A stretch of 53,790 nt of DNA from contig CAZILC010000009.1 in NCBI GenBank assembly GCA_964540055.1, forward strand, positions 1-53,790, given 5' to 3'. A model generated the notes under the pieces. That model was not told the DNA's origin. It worked only from the letters and a program-made list of their open reading frames with translations, and ran no database searches. Positions 1 through 10,505 of the stretch are shown here, one piece after another (the stretch's first letter is position 1; each line of letters starts with the position of its first letter). A program made the translations under genes and the position numbers. The DNA comes from an uncultured Gammaproteobacteria bacterium (GTDB taxonomy: Bacteria; Patescibacteriota; Microgenomatia; Levybacterales; UBA12049).

Positions 1-1105
1 ACCCAACAATAAATGCGATCGTAAAATCTGAAAAAACAAGAAATCGCCAAGGGAATTGAATATAAGAAAAAGGCTGTATAGCATTCCAAATACTAAGAGA
101 ATACTTTGTCTGAATAAAAAGTGAGAAAAGGAACATACATATAAACAAAATTAAAATGCCGTAGTCTTTTCTTTTTTTCCATATAAAATACAAAGAAACT
201 ATCGTTGATAATCCCGCCAGTAGTAATTGTGCCTGACCGACTTGGAATGAAAGTCCATCAAAGCAGCCGGGTATTGAACCTCCATAACCCCACGGGGAAT
301 TTATAAATTGTTTAATGCAAACAAAATAAGAATGGTAATCTGCACCTTGCTCTGTTAATAAATAAACCATGGTGAATTGTTTCTCAAAATAAGCAGGAAG
401 CCAAAAATATGCAGATAAACCTAATCCCAACAAAATACTAAGACAAATATTTCTGAATAAGACCTTTTTTTTCTTTGTTTGCACTATGAGAAAGAGAAAA
501 TAAGAAGCTAGGAAAAAGCTGCTCATCATTGCGATGAGATCATGTGTCAATGCCAAACATGCTACAAAAAAGCCCGATAAAATAATAAACGTATAATTTC
601 CTTTTTTTGCCAATTGATGAAAACTCCAAAACAGTGCAGGAATAAAAACAAACGACCAAAATTCAGGAAGCGCTCCTCGTACATACACATCAACCGAATG
701 ATACGGTGCATACGAATAGGCAATCGCTGCAACAATTCCACCAATTCGACCCAGATACTCTTTGGCAAACAAATACATGAAGATCCCAGCCAGTATAAAT
801 CCGAGACCAATCATGAGTTTTGTTGACGAAATAAAGGGAAAACCAACTAAATGAAATATCTCGGCAACATAATAGACAAAAGAAGGATAAAAATTAAATA
901 ATGGGTAATCAAATCCAAAACCTAAATCTTGTGCAAGACGCGGGGGCATGTGACCTGCTAATACATCTTTATTCAGCTCAAACAATCTGCCAATTTGCTC
1001 ATCATCATGAACCGAAAACCACCCGGGTACGAAAAGTGGCGATACGGTAAATATCAAAAGTATTATAATGACAAGATAATCACTGTATTTCTTAAGAAAG
1101 CTCAT
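1..1105 (-). CDS. GT-C-like polytopic membrane protein (6-pyruvoyl-tetrahydropterin-synthase-related membrane family), partial, runs off left edge
   Basis: Not in ORF track. ATG at 1105 gives MSFLKKYSDYLVIIILL...HDDEQIGRLFEL...GHMPPRLAQDLGFGFDYPLFNFYP...YAPYHSVDVYVRGALPE, the typical HD / G-x-G-(Y/F)-x-x-PLFNFYP / RGALxE pattern. TATAAT 9 nt upstream. Confidence 0.75.
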   Translation of the reverse strand, partial: MSFLKKYSDYLVIIILLIFTVSPLFVPGWFSVHDDEQIGRLFELNKDVLAGHMPPRLAQDLGFGFDYPLFNFYPSFVYYVAEIFHLVGFPFISSTKLMIGLGFILAGIFMYLFAKEYLGRIGGIVAAIAYSYAPYHSVDVYVRGALPEFWSFVFIPALFWSFHQLAKKGNYTFIILSGFFVACLALTHDLIAMMSSFFLASYFLFLIVQTKKKKVLFRNICLSILLGLGLSAYFWLPAYFEKQFTMVYLLTEQGADYHSYFVCIKQFINSPWGYGGSIPGCFDGLSFQVGQAQLLLAGLSTIVSLYFIWKKRKDYGILILFICMFLFSLFIQTKYSLSIWNAIQPFSYIQFPWRFLVFSDFTIAFIVG

Positions 1106-1154
1106 CGTATAAATATTATACAAGGTTTTGGATAAAAGCGTAATTCATATCAGC

Positions 1155-3134
1155 TTATTCCGTATGTTTTTTAAGAGACAAACGCCAGTCCAAATAAACG
1201 GTAAAGAATATAAAAATAACTGCGAAAATAAACTCCGGATTTGTAAGCACAAAGAGTAATCTATTCAAAAATACTATCCATGGGGAATGCAACAATATGT
1301 TTTTTGGTATTGTGTTTATTGAAACAAAACTTGAGGGAGTTGTATCAATAAAGATTTGGTCATCCGGTCTACCATTTGAGAGGGATAACTCAGCAATATA
1401 TGATTTTCCTTTAGAATCGGAAATTGCAGGAAATCCAAATCCAAACCGTGGACTACCTTCTACGATATAGGCATTTCTAGCTGATGAAAAAAGTTTTTTG
1501 TTCTTTGTGTCCAGTAGGCTAAATTGTAATGTCGCTGGATTTTTTCTATTAGTTTGTGTATACATTGCATTTTTTGCATATCGTAAATACAGTGATACTG
1601 CGCTCAAATTTTCGTTATATGAAGTAAAAGGAATACGGATTCTTTTAGTAAGCAGTGATTGTTCCCCACTCAAAGAAACGCCAGTAAAAGCATTCCTTGA
1701 AACTAATTGTGATGGGGTATACGCTGCAACGTACAATATAAAAAAAGCAAGTATCCCAAATCCAAGCTTAAAGCCAGGATGACGCAACACACTACTCTCT
1801 TTTGTTACGGGTTCTCCCTCACCATCTTTTGCGAGCGTTGTCATAAGTACAGCTTTTTTCTTTTTGGTCGAAAAATATAAATATTCAATCGTCCTAAAAA
1901 GTATTGATGCAACTGCGATACTTAACACTATTGCTATAATGAGAAAAATGAGCTCAAGAAACTTATCGGAAGGAACAACAAAACGGAAATATTCCTTTAG
2001 CGTTTGTGCCCAGGTAATCGTTTGCGGGTGAATTAAATATAACGAATAACTTATTATTCCTAAGAAAACAAACATTTTACTGCTAAAAATTTTGAACACA
2101 TATGTTCGTGGAATTATGGCAACTAAAATAGTAAGACTAAATACCCAACTGGAGATACAATAATAGATATTATTTATAAATATACTTTGTCCGTCCCGAA
2201 TAGCCCAATCTCCCCATTGAATTGTAATAAAGAGTAACAAAACAACTAACGAAAATAATTTGTTTTTTAACAACGGTTCAAGAGTTTGCCAAATTTTCCC
2301 CTTTGTTTGATATATAGTTCCAATTGTCACTCCTGCTACAAAACCACTTGATCGCGCAATATTGATACTTTGCAGCCCTCCTACTGCGACGAATTCTTTG
2401 TCTAAATCAAATAATATTTTTGTTACTCCGATAATAATCAGTACACTTACAAGCATGCCATACTGTTTTCCGATTTTAATCAAGGGTACTACAATAAATG
2501 GATATAATAGATAAAAATACACTTCAGGAGCCAAACTCCAAAATACGAGACTTAATCGTGGAATATCTTTTGAGAAAGGCGTAGTCAACGTAATATTACT
2601 CAGCAGTATTACCATATTTTTTATGTTGGTTGGTAATTGAATTACATCAGATTGAACAAAATGAGGTAATATCAAGGCAACAATTAAAAACATAACTATT
2701 TGGAGACTGATGAAGCTAAAAAACACTATCTTTCCTATTTTTGGAATCTTTTTTATGAGATTCCAAAGTATAAAAATAAGCATTGCAAGAGCTAACAAGA
2801 GGATAATTTGTAACCACCAAATTGTGGTAACCTGTTCTATAGAGATTGCCCAAAGAAATAACACAATTGTTGCATAAATTGGAAAAATACGGGCATATCG
2901 TTTTTGTATAAAACTTCTTGGATTTTTAGTTTGCGGATATAAAAAAGCCATTAAGAAACCTGAAAGAACAAAAAGTATCTGCACTGAATTTGGACCTACC
3001 TGCAGCGTGTTGTAAGCCGCAATAACAAACGGAACAGAAATCAAAGATGCTGGATGATAGCCGATATGGGAAAGCATTACTGCCAGCGCGGCAAATCCTC
3101 GTAAACCGTCAAGAGCCGGCAATCTATCTTTCAT
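1155..3134 (-). CDS. Acyltransferase-3 (OafA/YrhL-like) membrane O-acyltransferase with C-terminal extracytoplasmic domain
   Basis: LDGLRGFAAL, ILFVLSGFL, KRYARIFP, FWSLAPEVYFY and LGIISYSLYLIH are AT3 motifs. Confidence 0.85.
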   Translation of the reverse strand: MKDRLPALDGLRGFAALAVMLSHIGYHPASLISVPFVIAAYNTLQVGPNSVQILFVLSGFLMAFLYPQTKNPRSFIQKRYARIFPIYATIVLFLWAISIEQVTTIWWLQIILLLALAMLIFILWNLIKKIPKIGKIVFFSFISLQIVMFLIVALILPHFVQSDVIQLPTNIKNMVILLSNITLTTPFSKDIPRLSLVFWSLAPEVYFYLLYPFIVVPLIKIGKQYGMLVSVLIIIGVTKILFDLDKEFVAVGGLQSINIARSSGFVAGVTIGTIYQTKGKIWQTLEPLLKNKLFSLVVLLLFITIQWGDWAIRDGQSIFINNIYYCISSWVFSLTILVAIIPRTYVFKIFSSKMFVFLGIISYSLYLIHPQTITWAQTLKEYFRFVVPSDKFLELIFLIIAIVLSIAVASILFRTIEYLYFSTKKKKAVLMTTLAKDGEGEPVTKESSVLRHPGFKLGFGILAFFILYVAAYTPSQLVSRNAFTGVSLSGEQSLLTKRIRIPFTSYNENLSAVSLYLRYAKNAMYTQTNRKNPATLQFSLLDTKNKKLFSSARNAYIVEGSPRFGFGFPAISDSKGKSYIAELSLSNGRPDDQIFIDTTPSSFVSINTIPKNILLHSPWIVFLNRLLFVLTNPEFIFAVIFIFFTVYLDWRLSLKKHTE

Positions 3135-3139
3135 ATTTT

Positions 3140-4657
3140 CTAGGGATTTACTCTATATAATGTGTAATATGTATTTGGAGCGAGCTTTTTAATTGAAAAA
3201 ATTTGAGTGACCGGCCAGGTTGTCGGAGCTTTACCAATTGCAGTGCATGTCGGACATGACTGATAAAAAATTATATACGTTGGCATCTTTTTACTCGCAT
3301 CAGTAAGTTCTTTAGGCGGAATACTTTCCATAGGCCAGAACCCTTGTGTCATAATGTTAGGATTTTTATCCAGATAAATTTGCAGTGCATAGGGCATAAG
3401 ACCAAAGGTGCCTTCTGTTCCCACATAGATTTTCCCGTGTTTTGCTTGTTCTTGGAGATAATCGACTGTTTGCTGTACTCCAACCCCCGATGACCAACCA
3501 TAATAGAGCTGATCCTGATCGCCACTAGCTATAAACGCGCGAGGAAAATTAGTCAGTATAAAAAAATCATTCACTAAGAACATGCTCACAAAAATAAGTG
3601 CTAATAATATTTTTAACCCAGTTTGTTTTATTTTATTCATAAGAATAAACAATGCATAAGCGCCTAATACAAGTATCGGTATTGTCATAAATAATATAAA
3701 TCTGGGATAGATAACTTTTCCGAAAAACGCCAGAGCGATAAAGGGAAAGATAAACCACGCACATAGCAATACTTTTTCTTTCCAATTTTTCTTATCCACA
3801 ATGCAGGCAACAATAGTTACAACCAAAAAAGGAATTGTCATATACTCGATAAACCAACCAAATAAACCTTTGAAATTTCCGTAAAAAAATGCAAATGGTT
3901 CCCTTATCCAATCATGAAAAGAATAAATAAATGTTAGATTTTTTTGTGCAATTATGTAAAAGAAAGGAGACAATCGAAGGATTTGATACATAACATTTGC
4001 GATAAAAACCGCAACTAATGCATAAATCGTCCAATGAAATAATCTGTTTTTGTCAAATTTTTTCTTAAAAGGGAAAAGTACTAACGTGAATGGCAACATA
4101 CCAAGTGCCAAATTTACATTGGTTTTTGTCAGCATGCCAAGGCCAGCAACAATACCAAGAATCATCCCTAAATCCAAACGTACATATCGAACCAGCAAAA
4201 TGGAAAAATAAAATATCCAAATAGTAAACATCGCGACAAGAGAATCATACAGTGCCATTTTGTCGTAAACCAAGGCGAAGGGATAAAGAACATAGAGTAA
4301 ACTTGCAAGCATTCCAATTTTGGTGTTTTTAAATAATTCTCTCCCAAGGAAAAATATACCGATCATCGAAAAAAATCCAGCAGCAACTGATACCATTCTT
4401 CCTGCAGCAAGTGGGTCATGAATAAGTTTGAGGAAAATAAGTGCAAGCCAGACATACATCGGCTGTTTGCCATCAGTTAAAGAAATAAACCGCCAGCTTG
4501 CGTCATTGAGAGCAATTTGCGACCAATGAATATATATAGCTTCGTCAGTAAATATTGGAAGAAAAGTAGATAGATGATACAGACGAGTAAAAAAATAAAG
4601 AATTATTAAACCGATAAACGCAATCGCAACCCATTTATTTTTTTGTAAACTCTTCAT
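3140..4657 (-). CDS. ArnT/PMT-like (GT39/GT83, GT-C) glycosyltransferase
   Basis: Multi-TM; IFTDEAIY loop with DE pair, GKQP, YDSL, LTK. Confidence 0.75.
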   Translation of the reverse strand: MKSLQKNKWVAIAFIGLIILYFFTRLYHLSTFLPIFTDEAIYIHWSQIALNDASWRFISLTDGKQPMYVWLALIFLKLIHDPLAAGRMVSVAAGFFSMIGIFFLGRELFKNTKIGMLASLLYVLYPFALVYDKMALYDSLVAMFTIWIFYFSILLVRYVRLDLGMILGIVAGLGMLTKTNVNLALGMLPFTLVLFPFKKKFDKNRLFHWTIYALVAVFIANVMYQILRLSPFFYIIAQKNLTFIYSFHDWIREPFAFFYGNFKGLFGWFIEYMTIPFLVVTIVACIVDKKNWKEKVLLCAWFIFPFIALAFFGKVIYPRFILFMTIPILVLGAYALFILMNKIKQTGLKILLALIFVSMFLVNDFFILTNFPRAFIASGDQDQLYYGWSSGVGVQQTVDYLQEQAKHGKIYVGTEGTFGLMPYALQIYLDKNPNIMTQGFWPMESIPPKELTDASKKMPTYIIFYQSCPTCTAIGKAPTTWPVTQIFSIKKLAPNTYYTLYRVNP

Positions 4658-4705
4658 AGAATTATCTTATTATAACGAAATAAATAATCTTACTGCAACG
4701 ACAAG

Positions 4706-6121
4706 CTAACTAAATAGAGCAACGTGCTTTGCAAATGTTTTGTTTTTAGATAAGAAAAAGATCACTGCCGGTAAAACAAAAATAAAGAGATACGTGAATA
4801 TGGGCCATATACTATTATGATAATCATAACGAAAAGAAAGCCATAAAACGGGATAGGCAAATAAAGATGTGAACGAGAACAGTACGACGAATAATTTAAA
4901 TCTCGCAACCTTTAGTAATGGAATAAGGGTTAACACCCATAATGCATACCAATTCCAATAGGCTGTTGTAAAAAAGAAAAGATAAAAAACTAACGAATAA
5001 GCATATATTAAAAGTGGATTTTGTTTGGTTCTTATTTGATACACAATAAACAAACATAAAATGAGTATAAAGGTACCAGTAAATAGTATATTAATATGAG
5101 GGTCAACCTGTCGTAAAAGATTTGGAAGGGATTGCCAATAGACTCCTGCGTTATAGCTTACTCGTTGAGCAAAAGTAATCGGACTTACCGCCATTAACCA
5201 AAAAGAAATACAATTAATGATAAGAAAACTGCCGACGAAGAGTAGAGTGTTTTTGAATGCTTTATTTTTCAACAAGGAAATAGTCAAAAAGGCAAACAAA
5301 AGAACAGGAATTATTTTCACTTGCACAGCACATGCAAGGACAATTCCTGCAAGTAAAAATCTTTTACGTTGGAAGAAAAAATAAGATAATAACGAAAAGA
5401 AGATCATAATGCTATCATTATGACCAGATCCAAAGAGTTCAACAAGAAAAAGAGGATTCCAAATAACCATTCTTAAATTTCTTGCAATATGTTGTTTATT
5501 TTTCTCAGTATCTAAAAGACACAAGTAAAGCACCCATATAATTCCAATTGCAAATAAACTGCTTACAATTTTATATAAAGCAACAAGGAGTACCACATTA
5601 TTCCTTCCAATCATTGACGGTAATGTATAAATCAGTTGGTTAACTCCTCCATACACCCTGGTTGTATTTTTCCAATCTGCCATGATTGCAAAAGGGTCAG
5701 AGTTGTGTGTTAAGGGAACTACTTGCCAGACGTTTTGGTGATATACCGTTTCGATCCTGTCTGAAAAAATGTACGAGAAAATATCAGAAGATAATCCGGG
5801 ATAGGAGAAGTAAAGAAGTAAACCAAATACCAAGCTTGAGATAATTGTTTTTTTGACAGAAATATTTTGTTTGAGTGAATAATAGTAAAAGAAAAAAGAT
5901 GCAATCGCAAAAATAGCAAAAATTAAAGTTGGAACTGTATTTATTTTATAATGCATCAGCGTTGTTTGTGTAGCAAATAAACTTGTTCGAAGAGTGGGGA
6001 AAAAATTGCTAATTGCGAGAAGTGCACGAGTATCCTGATAAAATAATATCCAGGAGAGGATAACAAAAATTACTAAACAAACTCCCAATAAAATACCGGT
6101 TGGTTGCAAAAATTTATGCAT
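4706..6121 (-). CDS. GT-C polyprenol-phosphosugar-dependent glycosyltransferase (MptA/B-like)
   Basis: SSDIFSY, VYG, WNPLFLVE, GHNDSIM, VQVK motifs; ATG at 6121 overlaps upstream stop. Confidence 0.7.
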   Translation of the reverse strand: MHKFLQPTGILLGVCLVIFVILSWILFYQDTRALLAISNFFPTLRTSLFATQTTLMHYKINTVPTLIFAIFAIASFFFYYYSLKQNISVKKTIISSLVFGLLLYFSYPGLSSDIFSYIFSDRIETVYHQNVWQVVPLTHNSDPFAIMADWKNTTRVYGGVNQLIYTLPSMIGRNNVVLLVALYKIVSSLFAIGIIWVLYLCLLDTEKNKQHIARNLRMVIWNPLFLVELFGSGHNDSIMIFFSLLSYFFFQRKRFLLAGIVLACAVQVKIIPVLLFAFLTISLLKNKAFKNTLLFVGSFLIINCISFWLMAVSPITFAQRVSYNAGVYWQSLPNLLRQVDPHINILFTGTFILILCLFIVYQIRTKQNPLLIYAYSLVFYLFFFTTAYWNWYALWVLTLIPLLKVARFKLFVVLFSFTSLFAYPVLWLSFRYDYHNSIWPIFTYLFIFVLPAVIFFLSKNKTFAKHVALFS

Positions 6122-7391
6122 GTTGTTTGTTATACGCAAATCTGAATCTCAGATGTAGCATTCTTGTGCCTATTGTTAGTAGGTATATGGCGCTACCAAT
6201 AACTCCACCCAATATTATCCAATACACAATTTTTTCAGGGAAGGTATACCAAATGCTATGCCAATCCCCTGTCGCAAGAAACGGAATATAAAGAAAAATG
6301 CTGATACTGGGAATCACAATAAAACTGAAACGTATATATTTATTACTTATAAAAGGAACAAATGGCAACACATACAAAAGATACCATGGTTGAAACGTCG
6401 TTCGTAAAGTTACAAAAAGAAGTGGAAAAAGCATGAAAGCAAAACTTAGCTGGTAAATTTTTTCTTTAATTAAATTCCATTTCTCGTGCTGCAGAAGAAC
6501 AAGAAGAAATATTGGAATAAGTGCAGCGGTTGCAAATTTAATACCGATTGAAATTGCCAACAGTAACAGACTTATCCAATATTTTTTCTGCATCAGATAA
6601 TAGAGTGCAGCAATTGCAAATGCCATCATAACAATATCATTATGACCTGAGATCAAACATTCATAAAGCAATAAAGGATTAAGAGCTATGAATGCAAGAT
6701 TTTCTACAGCTTTAGTTTCATTTACTTTTTTTAAAATCTTAAATAAATAATATATTGCAAATAGATAACTTGCGCCCATCAATATTTTAAATAAAAAGAA
6801 AGTGACAATAAAAATATTTGCTCCAATAAACGATAACGGCACAGTGATTACCAACCATAACGGTCCATATGGATAGGTGCGTTCCGTCCAATGCATAAAT
6901 CCAAGCATCGGATCCTGAGCATAATCTAAGGCTTTATGTATATAAGGATTCTGATGATAATGAGTTATGATTTTTGCATCAAATATGTAGTTGAATAAAT
7001 CATAAGAAAAAGCATTATAAGAAAATAATAAGATAATCGAAACGACACCGATGATACTCCAAACTGTATAGGAATGCATTTTTTTCTGACTAAGATGTTT
7101 CCAAACAATAAAATACAATAAAAGAAAAGTTGATGCTAGTAGAATAAATAGCTCTGCGGAAAGTGGTCTATTGAAATACCCAATATATTGAAATAATTTT
7201 TCCACAGAATATAAACTCGGAACTCTGGTAATTACTAATCCTAAATCGACTTGTGTATAGCTATAAAGTAATAATGCAATGCTTGCAATAAAATAAAAGA
7301 GAAAGATGCATTTTTCAGTAATGGTTCCTTCTCTAAACAATAACTGCAACTGTTGTTGCAAGAAAGTGAATGGTTTGAGCAGTAATTTCAT
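6114..7391 (-). CDS. GT-C polyprenol-phosphosugar-dependent glycosyltransferase (MptA/B-like)
   Basis: SYDLFNY, NPY, YPYGPLW, LNPLLLYE, GHNDIVM, IK, QPWY motifs. Confidence 0.75.
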   Translation of the reverse strand: MKLLLKPFTFLQQQLQLLFREGTITEKCIFLFYFIASIALLLYSYTQVDLGLVITRVPSLYSVEKLFQYIGYFNRPLSAELFILLASTFLLLYFIVWKHLSQKKMHSYTVWSIIGVVSIILLFSYNAFSYDLFNYIFDAKIITHYHQNPYIHKALDYAQDPMLGFMHWTERTYPYGPLWLVITVPLSFIGANIFIVTFFLFKILMGASYLFAIYYLFKILKKVNETKAVENLAFIALNPLLLYECLISGHNDIVMMAFAIAALYYLMQKKYWISLLLLAISIGIKFATAALIPIFLLVLLQHEKWNLIKEKIYQLSFAFMLFPLLFVTLRTTFQPWYLLYVLPFVPFISNKYIRFSFIVIPSISIFLYIPFLATGDWHSIWYTFPEKIVYWIILGGVIGSAIYLLTIGTRMLHLRFRFAYNKQHA

Positions 7392-8149
7392 TATTTATAA
7401 AGTCCGGCAAGGATATTTTTCTTAATGGTAACAAGATCAAGTACTCCGGTTATGGAATCTCTAATTGGGTTAACTCGCCTGGTTTCGACATGTAGCCAAT
7501 TAATTGGTACTTCTTTTATTTTATATCCGCGTTGTTTGGCAAGATATAACAATTCAATATCAGCACCAAAAGTAATCGCGGTTCCTTTAATTTTTGTAAA
7601 ACCGTGTTTGAGTTTTTTATATCGAGAAAAGATATCATCAGTTGCAATGCCGGTAAATAATTTGAAACCGCATTGTGTATCAGACAATTCACGCATACCA
7701 ATCATATATTTTCGCAATATTATTGAACCTTTGGAAATAAAAAGCCTCTCAAACGGTGCTCCTTTTCTGACAGTATTTCGTGAACCAATTGCGACATCAA
7801 ACTTCTTACTTTCAACAAATGGAAGCAGTTTGTTAACCTCTTCAATGGGTGTTGCTTGATCCATATCCGTAAATAATCTATATTCTCCAGTTGCTATTAG
7901 CATCCCAGTTGTCACTGCACCGGCTTTTCCATAATGAGGATTTTTAATAAGTGTAAAATGGGAGTTATCTTTGACAAATTTTTCAATAAACTCGATACTC
8001 CCATCTTTTGATCCATCATCAACAATGATTACTTCAAAAGATGCGTTCTTTGTTGTAAGAAAATGGTCAATTTTATCAAGCACGCCTTTTTGGAGATTGG
8101 CCATCTCATCATAGCAGGGAATAATAACAGAGAGATAAATACTACCCAC
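7391..8149 (-). CDS. GT2 polyprenyl/dolichyl-phosphate sugar synthase (ALG5/DPM1-like)
   Basis: SVIIPCYDE, VDDGSKD, GKAGAV, FTDMD, DTQCGFKLF; GTG start at 8149 lies 6 nt after TATAAT. Confidence 0.85.
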   Translation of the reverse strand: MGSIYLSVIIPCYDEMANLQKGVLDKIDHFLTTKNASFEVIIVDDGSKDGSIEFIEKFVKDNSHFTLIKNPHYGKAGAVTTGMLIATGEYRLFTDMDQATPIEEVNKLLPFVESKKFDVAIGSRNTVRKGAPFERLFISKGSIILRKYMIGMRELSDTQCGFKLFTGIATDDIFSRYKKLKHGFTKIKGTAITFGADIELLYLAKQRGYKIKEVPINWLHVETRRVNPIRDSITGVLDLVTIKKNILAGLYK

Positions 8150-8282
8150 GCTTGAATTATACAAAAAAATAAGCATTTCAACAATCTTATCGCTATTGAT
8201 GAGGTCTACTCAAAACCATCCAATAAATAAAGTCAGCATTATGATAAAATAGAAAATAATGTTCCAAGGATAAAATCTAAAT

Positions 8283-9812
8283 ATGAAATTGCAAACAATA
8301 TTTTTAGTGATTATCATTGTCCTTGGTTTTCTCCTCAGATTCATTGATGTCTCAAATAACCCACCCGGTCTCTATAGCGATGAGGTATCTATCGGATATA
8401 ACGCATATAAAGTATTAACTACCGGAAAGGATGAATATGGCGTGCCACATCCGTTGTGGTTTCGCTCTTTTGGAGATTATAAATTGCCTGTGTATGTCTA
8501 CTCAGTTGCCGGTGCGATGAGCATTTTTGGTAAAACCGAATTTGCAGTCAGAATTCCATCAATCCTTGCGGGAACGCTGACTATATTTATTTTCTATCTC
8601 TTTATTAAGAAACTTTTGGAACTTGAAAAAGACAAAGACATCAAAAAGAGATTTGCATATCTACCCATACTTGGTGCATTACTCTTAGCAACATCTTCAT
8701 GGCATATTCAATTCTCCCGAGGTGGATTTGAAATAACTGTTGGGACGTTACTCTTTCTCTTAGGCTGTTATTTCTATGCGTTCTTCATTCAAAAAAAATC
8801 AATAAAACTACTACTCTTTGGCATCTTTTTTTTCGCATTAGCAGTCTATACCTATCATATCTTCAGAATTCTATCACCTCTTGCTCTAATATTTATTGCA
8901 ATCCATCAAAAAATATATAAAAAACCGAAGTCACTTCCTATTGTTTTACTTGCAATCATATTTTTCTTACCAATTGTACTTTTTTCTCTATCTCCTGAAG
9001 GTATTGAACGTTTCAAAGGGACATCTGCCTTTGGGGAATTAAATATTACAAGTCCCTTGCAACAATTATTTATTTACCCAATTGATTATATTAGAAATTA
9101 TTTATCATTTTATTCTTTTGACTTTCTTTTTAGTTATGGTGACGGTATCGGCAGACATCAGATGCCTGATTTTGGTGATCTTTTCCGTTGGCAGCTGCCC
9201 TTCTTACTTGGTGGCATATTTGTTCTGGTTAAAATGAAACGATCGACCTTGAAATTTGCCACTTTTTTACTTTTTTTCTCAGCACCACTTGCCGGAGCAG
9301 TTGCAGTTCCCAGTCCCCACGCGCTTCGTTCACTACCCCTCGTTCTACCTTGTATAATACTAATTGCTGTAGGTATTATTTCTTTTGTTCAAAGTATTCA
9401 TAAATATCGATTACGAGTTGCGAGTGTGGTAATTATTGGATTAGTTGCCCTCTTTGAATTTTTCCTTTATCTTCATTTTTATTATATTCACTACCCTATC
9501 ATTAACCAGCTAGATTGGGGAAGCAATTACAAAGACCTTGTTTTATCAACCTCTGCAATTAAACATAAATACAATCATATTATTGTCGATCAAAATTTGG
9601 CATTTGCTCCTGCTTATTTTCATTTTTATGATGACTCCATTAATTTCACTGTAGTACCCGTCACCTGGCATGAACCGGCTTCATGGAAAGGCAGTAAGAC
9701 ACTGTATATTCGACCTTTCTATGGACAAGATCATCCCGATGGAGTCATAAAAAATATTACTCTGAATGGTACAACCAATCCAATCTTTGCACAATTATGG
9801 GAACTAAAATAA
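8283..9812 (+). CDS. ArnT/PMT-like (GT39/GT83, GT-C) glycosyltransferase
   Basis: PPGLYSDEVSIGYNAY, GKDEYG, FGDYKLP, AVRIPS, WHIQFSR. Confidence 0.8.
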   Translation: MKLQTIFLVIIIVLGFLLRFIDVSNNPPGLYSDEVSIGYNAYKVLTTGKDEYGVPHPLWFRSFGDYKLPVYVYSVAGAMSIFGKTEFAVRIPSILAGTLTIFIFYLFIKKLLELEKDKDIKKRFAYLPILGALLLATSSWHIQFSRGGFEITVGTLLFLLGCYFYAFFIQKKSIKLLLFGIFFFALAVYTYHIFRILSPLALIFIAIHQKIYKKPKSLPIVLLAIIFFLPIVLFSLSPEGIERFKGTSAFGELNITSPLQQLFIYPIDYIRNYLSFYSFDFLFSYGDGIGRHQMPDFGDLFRWQLPFLLGGIFVLVKMKRSTLKFATFLLFFSAPLAGAVAVPSPHALRSLPLVLPCIILIAVGIISFVQSIHKYRLRVASVVIIGLVALFEFFLYLHFYYIHYPIINQLDWGSNYKDLVLSTSAIKHKYNHIIVDQNLAFAPAYFHFYDDSINFTVVPVTWHEPASWKGSKTLYIRPFYGQDHPDGVIKNITLNGTTNPIFAQLWELK

Positions 9813-10402
9813 CATACCTATGTATCGCAGCAATTGCGGTTGTTGAATTTTTGACAGTAAAGGCGTGGTTCGTCTGCAAAAGTTTTACTGATCTTTTCCA
9901 TCTTGCTTCAATAAATATCACATTACAAATTGAGGACTATATTCATTTGGAAAAAGGGACACCTCTTTTTCTAACTCGTTTGTTTACTAATAAAATTGTC
10001 AATTCATTTTTTGATTTATTCAGATTATATTTCAGATTTTGGGATATACGTTTTGGCGCAAGTTGGTTTTCTTTAATTGGCTATTTCGGAATTTTTGCAG
10101 GGTTTTATTATATTTTTTCAAATAATAAAAAACGCTGGTATCACTGGGTTATGGTCATACTCATTTTAGTTTTGCCGGTTTTTGAAGTTGTGAAAGGACC
10201 TCACATTTCACTAGTAATTAAAAGTATTTATTTGTGGGCGCCTTTTTGTTTATTTTCATTGTATGGAATTTATCAATTCTTGACTCACGGAAATAGGAAA
10301 CTGAAATTAGTAATAATACTACTTCTCACCATACTTAGCATTTGGTGGATTTATTTTCTCCCATTTACTATGCCACCGTATTGTATAAAACCAAATGTAT
10401 AG
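9797..10402 (+). CDS. Hypothetical membrane protein
   Basis: 201 aa, several hydrophobic segments, overlaps upstream GT gene end. Confidence 0.55.
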   Translation: MGTKITYLCIAAIAVVEFLTVKAWFVCKSFTDLFHLASINITLQIEDYIHLEKGTPLFLTRLFTNKIVNSFFDLFRLYFRFWDIRFGASWFSLIGYFGIFAGFYYIFSNNKKRWYHWVMVILILVLPVFEVVKGPHISLVIKSIYLWAPFCLFSLYGIYQFLTHGNRKLKLVIILLLTILSIWWIYFLPFTMPPYCIKPNV

Positions 10403-10462
10403 CTAGTAATCATTAAATTAATTATAGTTAGATTAAATAAATTATAATTAATAATAAACATC

Positions 10463-10491
10463 TTGACATTTAATTTAGTAAAGCATATATT
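10463..10491 (+). promoter_or_regulatory. sigma70-type promoter of glnA
   Basis: TTGACA (10463-68), 17 nt, TATATT (10486-91); ATTTAATTTAG direct repeat at 10468 and 10489. Confidence 0.55.
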
Positions 10492-10505
10492 TAATTTAGA
10501 TTGAT

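Noticed and set aside
562-826. Short ORFs 562-810 (-) and 614-826 (+)
   Set aside because: Shadow frames of the real minus-strand gene 1-1105
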